Shown piece after piece: positions 19,462 to 29,154 of a stretch of 64,000 bases of DNA. The notes beneath the pieces are model-generated. The model was not told the DNA's origin and did no database searches. It worked only from the letters and a program-made list of their open reading frames with translations. How positions within the stretch are numbered: position 1 is the stretch's first letter; the number at the start of each line of letters is the position of its first letter. The DNA is from an uncultured Rickettsiales bacterium. GTDB taxonomy: Bacteria; Pseudomonadota; Alphaproteobacteria; Rs-D84. The DNA lies in the NCBI GenBank assembly GCA_900546225.1, contig URBZ01000003.1:17857-81856 (forward strand). The letters run 5' to 3'. Position numbers and translations under genes: made by a program.

Positions 19462-21473
19462 AACGACTGATTCCGATTTTTCTGCCGATGTTTTCTGCTG
19501 TGTCTGCCATGGCGATGGCCATTGACCCCAATGTGCCCAAGACCATCAAGTCAGACAAAATTGAATACGATGTGCGCGCAGAATCAATTAAAACAACCGG
19601 CAATACCGAAATCACCAATGCATCGGGCCAGCGTTTAACACTGACGGATTCGTATCTGTCGCGTGATGGGAAAAACCTGTCGGGGGACGATATAAAAATC
19701 TGGCTGGGCGAACATGTGTACATTGAATCAGATAATATTGTGCGCAATGGTGATGACACGGTTGCATATGATGCGACATTCACAGCGTGTGATGACTGTG
19801 ATGATATTGGCGATGCGTGGCAGATTTCGACAACACGTACCGTACACGATATGGAAACACGTATGCTCAGTTTCCATAATCCAGTCATGTGGATTTATGG
19901 TGTGCCGGCGTTGTGGTTGCCATACTTTTCGATGCCAGACCCAGGGGTAAAGCACAAGACCGGATTTTTGATGCCTGATTTGAAATCCACCAACCAGATG
20001 GGGACACAGGTCAATATTCCGTTGTACATATACCTGTCGGATACGCATGATATGACGGTTACGGCGTCGTATCTGACCCAAGAAAACCCGTTGGTGCAAA
20101 TTGAACATCGTCTGAATACGGCGCATTCAGAATCATTGACGCGCGGGTCGTTTACGCATAACCGCGCGGGCGAAAATCGTTGGCACATATTTAACAACGA
20201 TATAATTGAATTAGGCGATAATGCACGCGCCAAAATATTCTTGGAACGCGCATCTGATAAAACGTATTTGCAGAAATATGGATTCTATGGCGACCAACCG
20301 TATTTGGATTCGGGGGCAAAACTGGAACTGTTTGGACAGAGCAGTTATGTCGTTGCCGACGCGCATATATTCCAAGAATTGCGTACGTACAACACATGGG
20401 TGGCAACACCATCAGGTGACATTTTGCCAAACATTCGTGCCACGCACCAGACGTCGCCATTGTTTGCCGAAACATACGCAACATTTGGCGCGGACATTTT
20501 GGGTATTTCTGGTTCGGGTACGGCATCGCAACGTATGATTGGCGATGCGCGTATTACATCGCCGTGGACACTGTGGGGTGGCAATCGTTTGACGCTGAGT
20601 ATGGACGCCCGATATGATGTGTATAATTTTGATAACACCGATTTGTTTGATGGGCAAAAGTTTTCAGGACTGAAAAATCGTTTCTTGCCCAGTGGGTATG
20701 TTGAATGGGGATTGCCATTGTTTCGTCCGTCTGACACGTGGACACAGGTTATTGAACCACGTGCACGGTTGACCATAATGCGCCATATTGACGATGCGTC
20801 TTTTGCGGCGAACAATGATTCGGCGGGTGCATTGCTGTCGGACGCGACATTGTTTTCAAACAAGCGTTTTGCGGGTCTGGATTTGTGGGAAAACAGCAAC
20901 TATGCCGATTACGGTGTTCGTTGGGCGGCATTTAACCCAGACGGGCGTTCATTCGAAGTATTCTTGGGACAAACATATGATTTCCAAGATCGCGATACCA
21001 TTGACCCCAACAGTGGATTTTTGAATGGCGCATCGGACTATGTCGGGCGTGTTGGTTTTAACAATATGAAATGGTTGGAATTGACCAGTCGATTCCGTTT
21101 GGCGCGTAATGATTTGGCATTGCGTCATATTGAAACATCGGCGTACCTGACCCACAGTGCGGGAACATACCTGAACATTGGGCACATTTGGTCACAACAG
21201 TTTATTGATACATACACCAAAAATGATTCCATCAATGAAATTATGGGTGGGTTTGGTATCCAGTTGACACCACGTTGGGCGGTGCGCTTTAATTCAATTT
21301 ATAATATGACGACCGGTGCATTCCAGCGTCATACCGGCGGCGTGTTCTATACACACCCATGTTATTACATGTCGATGGAATACCGTCGTGATAACGCGGT
21401 CAAGGGGGACTATGTCGGGACAACGACATTCCAGTTCCGCATTGGTATGAGTATCAATGGCCAACAGTACTAA
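19458..21473 (+). CDS. lptD: LPS-assembly outer-membrane protein LptD
   Basis: Signal peptide, an OstA-like N-terminal domain, and a large beta-barrel with W/Y/F-rich strands. The context lptF/G-lptD-surA is conserved. Confidence 0.8.
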   Translation: MKRLIPIFLPMFSAVSAMAMAIDPNVPKTIKSDKIEYDVRAESIKTTGNTEITNASGQRLTLTDSYLSRDGKNLSGDDIKIWLGEHVYIESDNIVRNGDDTVAYDATFTACDDCDDIGDAWQISTTRTVHDMETRMLSFHNPVMWIYGVPALWLPYFSMPDPGVKHKTGFLMPDLKSTNQMGTQVNIPLYIYLSDTHDMTVTASYLTQENPLVQIEHRLNTAHSESLTRGSFTHNRAGENRWHIFNNDIIELGDNARAKIFLERASDKTYLQKYGFYGDQPYLDSGAKLELFGQSSYVVADAHIFQELRTYNTWVATPSGDILPNIRATHQTSPLFAETYATFGADILGISGSGTASQRMIGDARITSPWTLWGGNRLTLSMDARYDVYNFDNTDLFDGQKFSGLKNRFLPSGYVEWGLPLFRPSDTWTQVIEPRARLTIMRHIDDASFAANNDSAGALLSDATLFSNKRFAGLDLWENSNYADYGVRWAAFNPDGRSFEVFLGQTYDFQDRDTIDPNSGFLNGASDYVGRVGFNNMKWLELTSRFRLARNDLALRHIETSAYLTHSAGTYLNIGHIWSQQFIDTYTKNDSINEIMGGFGIQLTPRWAVRFNSIYNMTTGAFQRHTGGVFYTHPCYYMSMEYRRDNAVKGDYVGTTTFQFRIGMSINGQQY

Positions 21474-21496
21474 TATATGAAACGGGGAAAGGACAG

Positions 21497-22324
21497 ATGA
21501 AACAATTAAATCTGATTTTGGCGGGTGCATTTATGATGATGGCCGCGCCGGCATATGCCGCCAGCGTCATCGCATCGGTAAATGGTACACCGATTACCGA
21601 TACCGACATTACCGCACGCGTTAAATTGATGTCGCGTCAGGGTAAAAATCCAACCGATAATCGTCGCGTTGCATTACAGAATATCATTGATGATAATGTC
21701 AAAATCGCATATGCGCAAAACTTTCACGCCGTCCCCGAAGATGATGTTGTGGACAAAGAACTGAAAAAAATGAATTTGGGTGATATGTCTGAATCCGAAC
21801 GCACGATGGCGCGCAGCGCATTACGCGCAGAAATTGCATGGCAAATTATTGTTGGCCGTACAATTATTCCAACGGTTGACGTATCCCGCGAAGAAATCGA
21901 TGCCGAACGCGCCGAAATTGCACGTGAAAACGGCCTGCCGGTGGAAATGACAATCGTGCGATTGGTTGATATTCCCGCCGATGTTGCGGCAAAACTGACA
22001 CGACCAAAATCATGCGACGATGCGGTTACAATGGCGGAAAATTTGGGTGGTGCGCCGCAAAAGTTCACCGCGCTGCAATACGAATTGTCATCTGATATTC
22101 GGGCGCGTGTGGCAACGCTGCCGACACTCACGTGGTCACCGGTTGTTGACCGCAGTGTTTTGTTGGTATGCAGCACCAAAAAGACCAAAGAATACGGAAA
22201 ACTGGACGAAATGATAAAGCAAAACGCCACATACAAACAGGCGATGTTTATCGCAGACCAGCAACTGAAACAACTGCGCCGCAAAGCGGTGGTTGTTATA
22301 AACGACGACAGATATAAATTATGA
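21497..22324 (+). CDS. SurA N-terminal-domain periplasmic chaperone (no obvious PPIase domain)
   Basis: Signal peptide ..APAYA, then VIASVNGTPITDTDI.., a SurA_N-like sequence. It lies downstream of lptD. Confidence 0.55.
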   Translation: MKQLNLILAGAFMMMAAPAYAASVIASVNGTPITDTDITARVKLMSRQGKNPTDNRRVALQNIIDDNVKIAYAQNFHAVPEDDVVDKELKKMNLGDMSESERTMARSALRAEIAWQIIVGRTIIPTVDVSREEIDAERAEIARENGLPVEMTIVRLVDIPADVAAKLTRPKSCDDAVTMAENLGGAPQKFTALQYELSSDIRARVATLPTLTWSPVVDRSVLLVCSTKKTKEYGKLDEMIKQNATYKQAMFIADQQLKQLRRKAVVVINDDRYKL

Positions 22325-23433
22325 AACCGATTTTATTTAATTTTACCGATGGCGAACTGGAAAAGTTCATAACCGATATGGGTCAACCATGTTTTCGTGC
22401 AAAGCAAATTCGCGAATGGTTAAATCGTGGTGCGCCTGATTTTTCTGTGATGAAAAACCTGCCCGATGCGCTGCGTCATGATTTGGACGCGGTGGCACAA
22501 ACATTGCCGGTAAAAATCGTTAAAAAGTTACAATCGTCTGATGGCGAAACAACAAAATTCTTGCTGGAATTGAACGATTGCGAACAGATTGAATGCGTAT
22601 TGATGCGTACAACGTATGGCAACAGCGTCTGTGTCAGTTCACAGGCCGGTTGCGCAATGGGCTGCAAGTTTTGCGCCAGTACGTTGTTGGGTCTGAAACG
22701 CAATTTAACGGTGAATGAAATATTTTCACAAATCTTGGTCGCACAGTGGGAATTGCGCTGTGACCGTGATGCGGTGCGCGAACGCCCTATTCGCGCAAAT
22801 GGCGATGCAAACAATGGTGACGTGTCGCATATTGTCGTGATGGGCACGGGCGAACCATTACAGAATACTGAAAATGTTATTGGATTCTGTGAGCGTGCGA
22901 ATCGCGATATGGGGATTGGCTGGCGTCGTATTACGATTTCGACATGCGGAATTGTGCCGGGGATTCGCGAACTGATTGCGTGGGGCCGTCCAATCAATTT
23001 GGCAATATCCTTGCACGCGCCGACCGACGAATTGCGCGGGCAAATTATGCCGATAAATAATAAATATAAATTGGCAGAGGTTTTGGCCGCCGCAGACGAA
23101 TTTACCGCACTGCATAATCGCCAGTTGATGATTGAATACATCTTGTTGGCACGCAAAAATGCAAATGGCGATGTGGAACTGTTTAACTGTACGCCGGAAT
23201 ACGCCGAAAAGTTATCTGAACTGTTGCGCGGGAAAAATTGCATGGTGAATTTGATACCGTGGAACGCGGTTGATGAACGCGATTTTGCGTCGCCATCGGG
23301 TAACGCCGTGCACAGATTCCAAGACATACTGATTAAAAATGGGATTCATGCGCGTATCCGTCGCGAACGCGGCAGCGATATTGGTTCTGCGTGTGGGCAA
23401 CTGCGACTGGGGAATAAAAAACATGCCGAATGA
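22321..23433 (+). CDS. rlmN: 23S rRNA/tRNA A2503-C2 methyltransferase RlmN (radical SAM)
   Basis: N-terminal FRAKQIREWL, the radical-SAM cluster motif GCAMGCKFCAS, and the C-terminal GSDIGSACGQL. Confidence 0.9.
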   Translation: MKPILFNFTDGELEKFITDMGQPCFRAKQIREWLNRGAPDFSVMKNLPDALRHDLDAVAQTLPVKIVKKLQSSDGETTKFLLELNDCEQIECVLMRTTYGNSVCVSSQAGCAMGCKFCASTLLGLKRNLTVNEIFSQILVAQWELRCDRDAVRERPIRANGDANNGDVSHIVVMGTGEPLQNTENVIGFCERANRDMGIGWRRITISTCGIVPGIRELIAWGRPINLAISLHAPTDELRGQIMPINNKYKLAEVLAAADEFTALHNRQLMIEYILLARKNANGDVELFNCTPEYAEKLSELLRGKNCMVNLIPWNAVDERDFASPSGNAVHRFQDILIKNGIHARIRRERGSDIGSACGQLRLGNKKHAE

Positions 23434-23992
23434 AATATGGATTGTGCGCCACGCACAAAGCGTTGCGAACCGTGGTGATGTGTCAACAACACTGCACAGT
23501 GAAATTCCACTGTCACCCGATGGCGCGAATGCGGCGGCCGCATTTGCCGATGCGTTTGACAGACGCCCTGACCTGATTATCGTGTCGCCATATTTGCGCA
23601 CACGCCAGACCGCCGCACCCTTTATTGCAAAATATAATGATGTGCCGGTGGAAATTTGGCCGATACAGGAATTTAACTATCTGGACAACCAGAAATGTTT
23701 GGGCAAAACGGTCGAAGAACGCCGTGCGATGCGTGATGTGTTTATTGCGCGCGGCGATGCCGATTGGCGCGACGGGGAAAACACCGAAACATTTAACGAA
23801 ATGGTGGGGCGTGCACGCGCGTTTATCGAACGCCTGCGCGGGCGCGATGAATGTTTTATTGTGGCGTTTTCACATGGTCATTTTATCAGAACACTGGCCA
23901 CAATTCTGGACGGGGGCACACCAACGATTGAAAACATCTTGCAACCAGACAGCGAAATCCCGAACCTGAACATTTTTAAGTTCAGTTTATGA
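23423..23992 (+). CDS. Histidine phosphatase (phosphoglycerate mutase family) protein
   Basis: IWIVRHAQS (RHG-type motif) and a later ..FSHGHFIR.. motif. I place the start at ATG 23423, overlapping the rlmN end. Confidence 0.7.
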   Translation: MPNEIWIVRHAQSVANRGDVSTTLHSEIPLSPDGANAAAAFADAFDRRPDLIIVSPYLRTRQTAAPFIAKYNDVPVEIWPIQEFNYLDNQKCLGKTVEERRAMRDVFIARGDADWRDGENTETFNEMVGRARAFIERLRGRDECFIVAFSHGHFIRTLATILDGGTPTIENILQPDSEIPNLNIFKFSL

Positions 23993-24003
23993 GGTAAAAT
24001 TAG

Positions 24004-24063
24004 TGTCCGCCGTTGGCGGACAAGTTTAATTTACTGGATTGCTTCGTTACACTCGCAATGACA
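24004..24063. repeat. Mosaic repeat, partial copy C
   Basis: Hairpin GTCCGCCgttGGCGGAC plus short arm CTGGATTGCTTCGTTACACTCGCAATGACA. No partner arm is present. Confidence 0.8.
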
Positions 24064-24110
24064 AAGGTGCACGCGTTGTATTTATAACTGTATCACACTA
24101 TCACTAAAAA

Positions 24111-24134
24111 ACGGGGCAAATGCCCCGTTTTTTT
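24111..24134. terminator. Bidirectional terminator (GGGGC..GCCCC family)
   Basis: ACGGGGCaaaTGCCCCGT is flanked by A6 and T7, between convergent genes. Confidence 0.75.
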
Positions 24135-24780
24135 ATTTATTTGGAATGATTTTGATTTCAACACGTCTGTTTTGCTGACGGCCAGCTGCATCTGCATTTG
24201 ACGCGATTGGGTTGGACGCGCCCATACCCAGAATCTCAAAGCGTGATGCCTTGACGCCCTGCCCTTGCAAATATGCGGCAACCGCGTTTGCACGGTTACG
24301 CGACAGGGTCTGGTTGTATTCCGCGCTGCCTGTGCTGTCGGTAAAGCCCGATACCATAACGGTTGAATTGCTGTATTTATTCAAAACCTTGGCGACCGAG
24401 TTCAATGTTGCATAGAATCCCGCGTTGATGTCCGCAGAATCTGTTTTGAATGTGATGTTGCCCGGCATTACCAAACGAATGCTGTCGCTGTCGCGGACGA
24501 CGCTGACGCCGGTTGATGCCAATTCTTGGCGTAATTCGGCCTCTTGCACGTCCAGATAGTAACCAACGCCACCACCAACTGCCGCACCAGCCAAACCGCC
24601 AACCAATGCGCCCTTGCCACGATTACCAGATACCAATGCGCCGGTCGCCGCACCCGTTGCTGCACCAATTGCAGTGCCCCATACGGCCTTGGACGTTTGG
24701 GCCTCGCCCGTGTAGGGGTTTGTGGTTGCGCATCCTGACAAAACGGTTGCCAGTGCCGCTAAAATTGCATATTTCTTCAT
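24133..24780 (-). CDS. OmpA-family lipoprotein with glycine-zipper N-domain (YiaD-like)
   Basis: MKKYAILAALATVLSGC|A lipobox, G/A-rich glycine-zipper segment, and an OmpA_C domain (..FKTDSADI....L..VA.VL......V.GFTDSTGSAEYNQTLSRNRANAV..YL). The longer ORF to 24990 runs into repeat D and is rejected. Confidence 0.8.
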   Translation of the reverse strand: MKKYAILAALATVLSGCATTNPYTGEAQTSKAVWGTAIGAATGAATGALVSGNRGKGALVGGLAGAAVGGGVGYYLDVQEAELRQELASTGVSVVRDSDSIRLVMPGNITFKTDSADINAGFYATLNSVAKVLNKYSNSTVMVSGFTDSTGSAEYNQTLSRNRANAVAAYLQGQGVKASRFEILGMGASNPIASNADAAGRQQNRRVEIKIIPNK

Positions 24781-24845
24781 TATAATTTCTCCTTGTTCGG
24801 GGAACATTGTAGCATAAAAAATCAAGTGTGCAAGAACGTAAAGAA

Positions 24846-25103
24846 AGAGAGCAAAGCGCAGAGAGCAAAGAGCAATGAATGTGTCCGCCGATGGCGGACA
24901 GCTTTGTTTACTGGATTGCTTCGTTTCACTCGCAATGAATCCAAGCGAAGCGCAGGATGCGGCAAGGACGCTAGTCCGCAGGCGACACAAGCAAAAAACA
25001 ACGTCATTGCGAGCGAGCGCAAGCGACGCGTGGCAATCCAGTTTATGTTATGTTGCGCGTAGCGCACAAAATTTGCTCTCTGCTCTCTGCGCTTTGCTCT
25101 CTC
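24846..25103. repeat. Mosaic palindromic intergenic repeat, copy D (with inverted M module)
   Basis: Termini are inverted GAGAGCAAAG-type oligorepeats (24846-24877 and 25072-25103). Interior modules are hairpin GTCCGCCgatGGCGGAC, short arm, module M in reverse orientation (24940-24988), long arm, and GTTGCGCGTAGCGCAC. Confidence 0.85.
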
Positions 25104-25147
25104 TGTCGGAGCACCAACCCTCCCCGTTTTTATGCACAGCATAAAAA

Positions 25148-25166
25148 CACCCCTCCGGTGGAGGGG
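25148..25166 (-). terminator. Terminator downstream of tRNA-Val(TAC)
   Basis: On the minus strand, CCCCTCC-acc-GGAGGGG is followed by TGTTTTTA. Confidence 0.6.
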
Positions 25167-25172
25167 AATAGA

Positions 25173-25249
25173 TGGTGGATGTTGAGGGACTCAAACCCCC
25201 GACCCTCTCGGTGTAAACGAGATGCTCTAATCAACTGAGCTAAACATCC
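25173..25249 (-). tRNA. tRNA-Val (anticodon TAC)
   Basis: The reverse complement folds by hand as a cloverleaf: acceptor GGATGTT/AACATCC, D arm GCTC..GAGC, anticodon stem TCTCG/CGAGA with loop TTTACAC, T arm GGGGG/CCCTC, and an encoded CCA. Confidence 0.9.
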
Positions 25250-25294
25250 AAAGCCGGCAAATCATAAATGATTTTTTTGCGTTTGTCCAGTTTT

Positions 25295-25594
25295 TTATTC
25301 TGGCATCGGCATTCCAGCGGTGGCTTCGCCCATAACTTCGTCAATTACAGCGTCTGCCTTGGCCTTGGCATCAGCGTACGCCGTCATAACCAAGCGGGCA
25401 ATTCCATCTGCACCACGCGATACCATATCGGGACGAATAGAAATCCCCAGCATATCATATTTGCCAGACAATGTGACCACGCATGCGCCGTTTTCAGCAA
25501 TTCCGCCAATGCGCATAGAGCCCAATTTTTCCTGTGCGGCCGATACCTTGTTTTGCAATTCGGCGGCCTGTGCCATCAAATTTTCCATATCCAT
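25295..25594 (-). CDS. ybaB: Nucleoid-associated protein YbaB/EbfC
   Basis: MDMENLMAQAAELQNKVSAAQEKL....G.AENG.V.VTLSGKYDMLGISIRPDM fits the YbaB pattern. The start is set at the internal ATG. Confidence 0.8.
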   Translation of the reverse strand: MDMENLMAQAAELQNKVSAAQEKLGSMRIGGIAENGACVVTLSGKYDMLGISIRPDMVSRGADGIARLVMTAYADAKAKADAVIDEVMGEATAGMPMPE

Positions 25595-25654
25595 GTGTAA
25601 ATCCCCCCATGTACTGAATGCGCCCCGTATTTCAGGGGCGCAACCAATCATATA

Positions 25655-27823
25655 CTAGTCAGCGATTTCGCGACCTGTTTTCTGGTCAATACCGACCATG
25701 GACATACGTGTTTTGCCACGTTTGTCCGCGCCCAAGTAACGGACGTAAACCTTGTCGCCTTCGTGAATCTTGGTATCTTCAATCTTGGCAATGCGTTCGC
25801 CTGTGATTTCAGAAATGTGAACCATAGATTCAAAGCCGTTCAAGATTTTTACGAACAGACCGAAATCTTTGACCCCTGATACTGTGCCTTCGTAAATCAT
25901 GCCAACCTCTGGTTCGGCAACGATTTCTTTGATACGCGCGATGGCATCGTCGGCCTCTTCCTTGGTTGTGGCCATGATTTTGATTGTACCATCGTCGGCC
26001 AAATCAATCTGGGTGTTTGTTTCGCGTGTCAGTGCCTGAATCACACTGCCGCCCTTGCCGATAACATCACGAACCTTGTCTGGGTTGATTTTCATGGTGT
26101 ATGCCTGTGGGGCATATTCAGACACGTGGTCGCGTGGGGCTTTGATTGCTTTTTCAATCTTGCCCAAGATGTGCATACGGCCATCTTTTGCCTGTGCCAA
26201 TGCCTTTTCCATGATTTCAAATGTAATAGATGTGATTTTGATATCCATCTGCAACGCAGTAATACCACGATCAGTACCTGTTACCTTGAAGTCCATGTCG
26301 CCCAAGTGATCTTCGTCGCCCAAAATATCGGTCAAGATTGCGTAATCATCGCCCTCTTTGATCAAGCCCATGGCGATACCCGCAACCGGACGTGTCAATG
26401 GAACGCCGCCGTCCATCATTGCCAATGTTGCGCCACATGTTGTCGCCATTGACGATGAACCGTTGGATTCCAAAATATCGGATACAACGCGGATTACATA
26501 GTCGAACTTTTCACGGCTGGGCACCATTGGGTGCAACGCGCGCCATGCCAAATTACCATGACCCAATTCACGACGCCCTGGGGATTTCAGACCCTTGGCC
26601 TCGCCCACGGAATACCCTGGGAAATTATAGTTCAAGATAAAGTCGCGTTCTTCGGCACCGTCCAATGATTCCAGTGGCAATGCATCTTTGCCGCCACCCA
26701 GTGTCAATGACACCAATGCCTGTGTTTCACCACGTGTGAACAATGCAGAACCGTGTGCGCGTGGCAACACGCCCAGTTCAATTTCGATTGGACGTACGGT
26801 TTTTGTATCACGACCATCGATACGTGGTTTGCCCGCCAAGATGTTGCTGCGCATAATACGTGCAGTAATGTTTTCAACAATTTCATCAGCAAACGATTCC
26901 AGCGTAGATGTTGCCGTTGTTGTATCTGGGAACAATTCTGGAATGCGTGCCTTGGCCGCAGAATGAATGCCCGCCAATGTGTCCAAACGAACCAATTTTT
27001 CTTTGATTTGCAGCGCACTTTCAATGTCGCCCGCAAAGCGTTCAAAATCGGATTCCATTGCGATATATTCAGCGGACTTTTCAGGTGTTGCCCAACGCTG
27101 TTTACCACACTTTTCGGTCAATTCGTTGATTGCCTGAATCACAACCTGTTGCGCGTCGAAACCAAATTTCACCGCACCCAACGTTGTTTTTTCGTCCAAT
27201 TCACCGATTTCGGATTCAACCATCAGAACACCGTCTTTGGTTGCTGCAACGACCAAATCCATTTCGGAATCTTCGGTAACCTTTTTCGATGGGTTCAAGA
27301 TATATTTGCCGTCCATATAGCCAACACGTGCCGCACCGATTGGGCCCGCGAATGGAACGCCCGACAATGCCAACGCCGCAGACGATGCAATCATCGCCAA
27401 GATATCTGGCTGGTTCTTTTTATCATATGAAAATGTTTGTGCGATAATCTGAACCTTGTTCTTGAATGTTTCTGGGAACAGTGGACGAATTGGGCGGTCA
27501 ATCAAGCGCGCAATCAATGTTTCAGCGGTTGATGCCTTGCCTTCACGTCTGTCACGCGACCCTGGGATACGGCCCGCAGATGCAAATTTTTCCTGATAAT
27601 CAACAGTCAGTGGAAAGAAATCCTGACCTTCGACCGCTGTCTTTTCTGCGCAAACAGTTGCCAGCACCATTGTGCCGCCCATTGTCGCCAAAACAGCACC
27701 GTTTGCCTGTTTCGCCATGCGGCCTGTTTCCAGACGCAACACTTCGTCACCATATGGCACTTCGACCACAACAGGATTATTCAAATGTGCGTGTTCACCT
27801 TTATCAAATAAACCAAACAACAT
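25655..27823 (-). CDS. pnp: Polyribonucleotide nucleotidyltransferase (PNPase)
   Basis: Two RNase PH domains plus KH and S1 domains (..GTVSGVKDFGLFV..). It lies downstream of rpsO as in the conserved operon. Confidence 0.95.
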   Translation of the reverse strand: MLFGLFDKGEHAHLNNPVVVEVPYGDEVLRLETGRMAKQANGAVLATMGGTMVLATVCAEKTAVEGQDFFPLTVDYQEKFASAGRIPGSRDRREGKASTAETLIARLIDRPIRPLFPETFKNKVQIIAQTFSYDKKNQPDILAMIASSAALALSGVPFAGPIGAARVGYMDGKYILNPSKKVTEDSEMDLVVAATKDGVLMVESEIGELDEKTTLGAVKFGFDAQQVVIQAINELTEKCGKQRWATPEKSAEYIAMESDFERFAGDIESALQIKEKLVRLDTLAGIHSAAKARIPELFPDTTTATSTLESFADEIVENITARIMRSNILAGKPRIDGRDTKTVRPIEIELGVLPRAHGSALFTRGETQALVSLTLGGGKDALPLESLDGAEERDFILNYNFPGYSVGEAKGLKSPGRRELGHGNLAWRALHPMVPSREKFDYVIRVVSDILESNGSSSMATTCGATLAMMDGGVPLTRPVAGIAMGLIKEGDDYAILTDILGDEDHLGDMDFKVTGTDRGITALQMDIKITSITFEIMEKALAQAKDGRMHILGKIEKAIKAPRDHVSEYAPQAYTMKINPDKVRDVIGKGGSVIQALTRETNTQIDLADDGTIKIMATTKEEADDAIARIKEIVAEPEVGMIYEGTVSGVKDFGLFVKILNGFESMVHISEITGERIAKIEDTKIHEGDKVYVRYLGADKRGKTRMSMVGIDQKTGREIAD

Positions 27824-27852
27824 TATTTTTCTCCATTTTATGTTTCGTTAGA

Positions 27853-27919
27853 TGCGAAGAAAAATTATTCGTTTTTGCACTCTGGCAAAAGCACAAAAAA
27901 GAACAATTTCCCCTTCGCA
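27853..27919 (-). promoter_or_regulatory. Structured pnp 5' leader
   Basis: TGCGAAG (27853-59) pairs with CTTCGCA (27913-19), enclosing an inner TTTTGC/GCAAAA hairpin. It lies between the rpsO terminator and the pnp SD (GGAG, 7 nt before the ATG). Confidence 0.35.
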
Positions 27920-27955
27920 CCATTTGATTATAAATGATATTTATGTCAATGCAAT

Positions 27956-27978
27956 AAAAATCCCGCCACATGGCGGGA
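27956..27978 (-). terminator. rpsO terminator
   Basis: On the minus strand, TCCCGCC-atgt-GGCGGGA is followed by TTTTTATT. Confidence 0.7.
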
Positions 27979-27982
27979 TCTA

Positions 27983-28255
27983 TTATTTACGCAGACCTAA
28001 TTTTTTAATCAGTTCTTCGTATTCAGCAGCACTGTTCTTTTTGATGTACGCCAACAATTTTTTGCGACGGTTTACCATCAACAACAAACCACGTTTAGAG
28101 TGTTCGTCTTTGTGGTTTTCTTTCATGTGCTGGGTCAAATTGCGAATACGTTCTGTCAAAACAGCAACCTGAGAGGCAGCAGAGCCACCATTGTCTTTTT
28201 CAGTTGTTTTGAAAGCGGCGATTAATTCGCTCTTTTTTTCTTTTGTAACGGACAT
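27983..28255 (-). CDS. rpsO: 30S ribosomal protein S15
   Basis: The 90-aa sequence contains ..GS...QVA.LTERI..LT.H.K.N.KD.HS.RGLL.MV..RR.LL.Y. Confidence 0.95.
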   Translation of the reverse strand: MSVTKEKKSELIAAFKTTEKDNGGSAASQVAVLTERIRNLTQHMKENHKDEHSKRGLLLMVNRRKKLLAYIKKNSAAEYEELIKKLGLRK

Positions 28256-28276
28256 TATGTTTTCCTTTGTTTGTCG

Positions 28277-29152
28277 TTAAATTGTTCGTTTTGGGCGCAG
28301 CATTCCGGTATCGTCAATTCGCCCTATTCCAATGAACACATCACCAGAATAAACGCGACGCAGACCAGACGCACCACCCACCAGAATAAACCCGCCGTTC
28401 TGATACAGCGCGGCTGATTTATCGTCCAGACACACAACCGGAATGTCCCCCAGTCCATGGTCTGGTGATTTCAAGAATTCCTTGATATCTGTGCCATTAT
28501 TGACCAGTTTTTCCAGAAAATCAAGTGTCACAGCATTTTTTATATCAAAACCGCCTGACTGTACGCGGCGTATCATCGTTGTTGTGGCGACAGCCCCAAC
28601 CGCCCGCGCAATATCACGCACCAATGCGCGGACATATGTCCCACGACTGCACCGCAGGCGAAAATTCCAATCAGATGCGTCGCGCCCCAGAAATTCCAGC
28701 GCATAGACATGCACCGTACGCACCGCGGGCGCGGCATCAATGCCCCCACGCGCCAATTCGTATGCACGCCGACCCGCAATATGCACTGCACTGTATGCCG
28801 GCGGAATTTGGGAAATTTCCCCTATGAATTGTGGCAGCACGTCCAAAACAGCATCAACCGTTGGCGTAAAATCATTACGTGCGGTTTCGCGTCCCGTTAT
28901 GTCCAGCGTGTCCGTTGCAATGCCAAACCGCATAGAAAACAGGTATTCTTTGATATTTTCATGCGCATCTTCGACAAATGGTATCATTTTGGTTGCCGCG
29001 CCAACTGCAATCGGCAACACACCCGACGCCATTGGGTCAAGCGTGCCAATATGCCCCGACGTACGCGCCCCAAACAGGCGCGCGACACGCGTGCTGGCCG
29101 TGCGACTGAACAGGCCACTTTCTTTGTCCAAAATAATCCAACCACATGCCAT
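28277..29152 (-). CDS. truB: tRNA pseudouridine-55 synthase TruB
   Basis: GWIILDKE.G.... and the catalytic GHIGTLDPMASGVLPI motif, followed by PPAYSAV. Confidence 0.9.
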   Translation of the reverse strand: MACGWIILDKESGLFSRTASTRVARLFGARTSGHIGTLDPMASGVLPIAVGAATKMIPFVEDAHENIKEYLFSMRFGIATDTLDITGRETARNDFTPTVDAVLDVLPQFIGEISQIPPAYSAVHIAGRRAYELARGGIDAAPAVRTVHVYALEFLGRDASDWNFRLRCSRGTYVRALVRDIARAVGAVATTTMIRRVQSGGFDIKNAVTLDFLEKLVNNGTDIKEFLKSPDHGLGDIPVVCLDDKSAALYQNGGFILVGGASGLRRVYSGDVFIGIGRIDDTGMLRPKRTI

Positions 29153-29154
29153 TT

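Noticed and set aside
24781-24990. The N-terminal extension of the OmpA-family ORF (285-aa version), and the overlapping ORFs 24822..25142 and 24875..25144.
   Set aside because: The extension is translated from mosaic repeat copy D. The lipoprotein signal peptide MKKYAILAALATVLSGC starts at ATG 24780.
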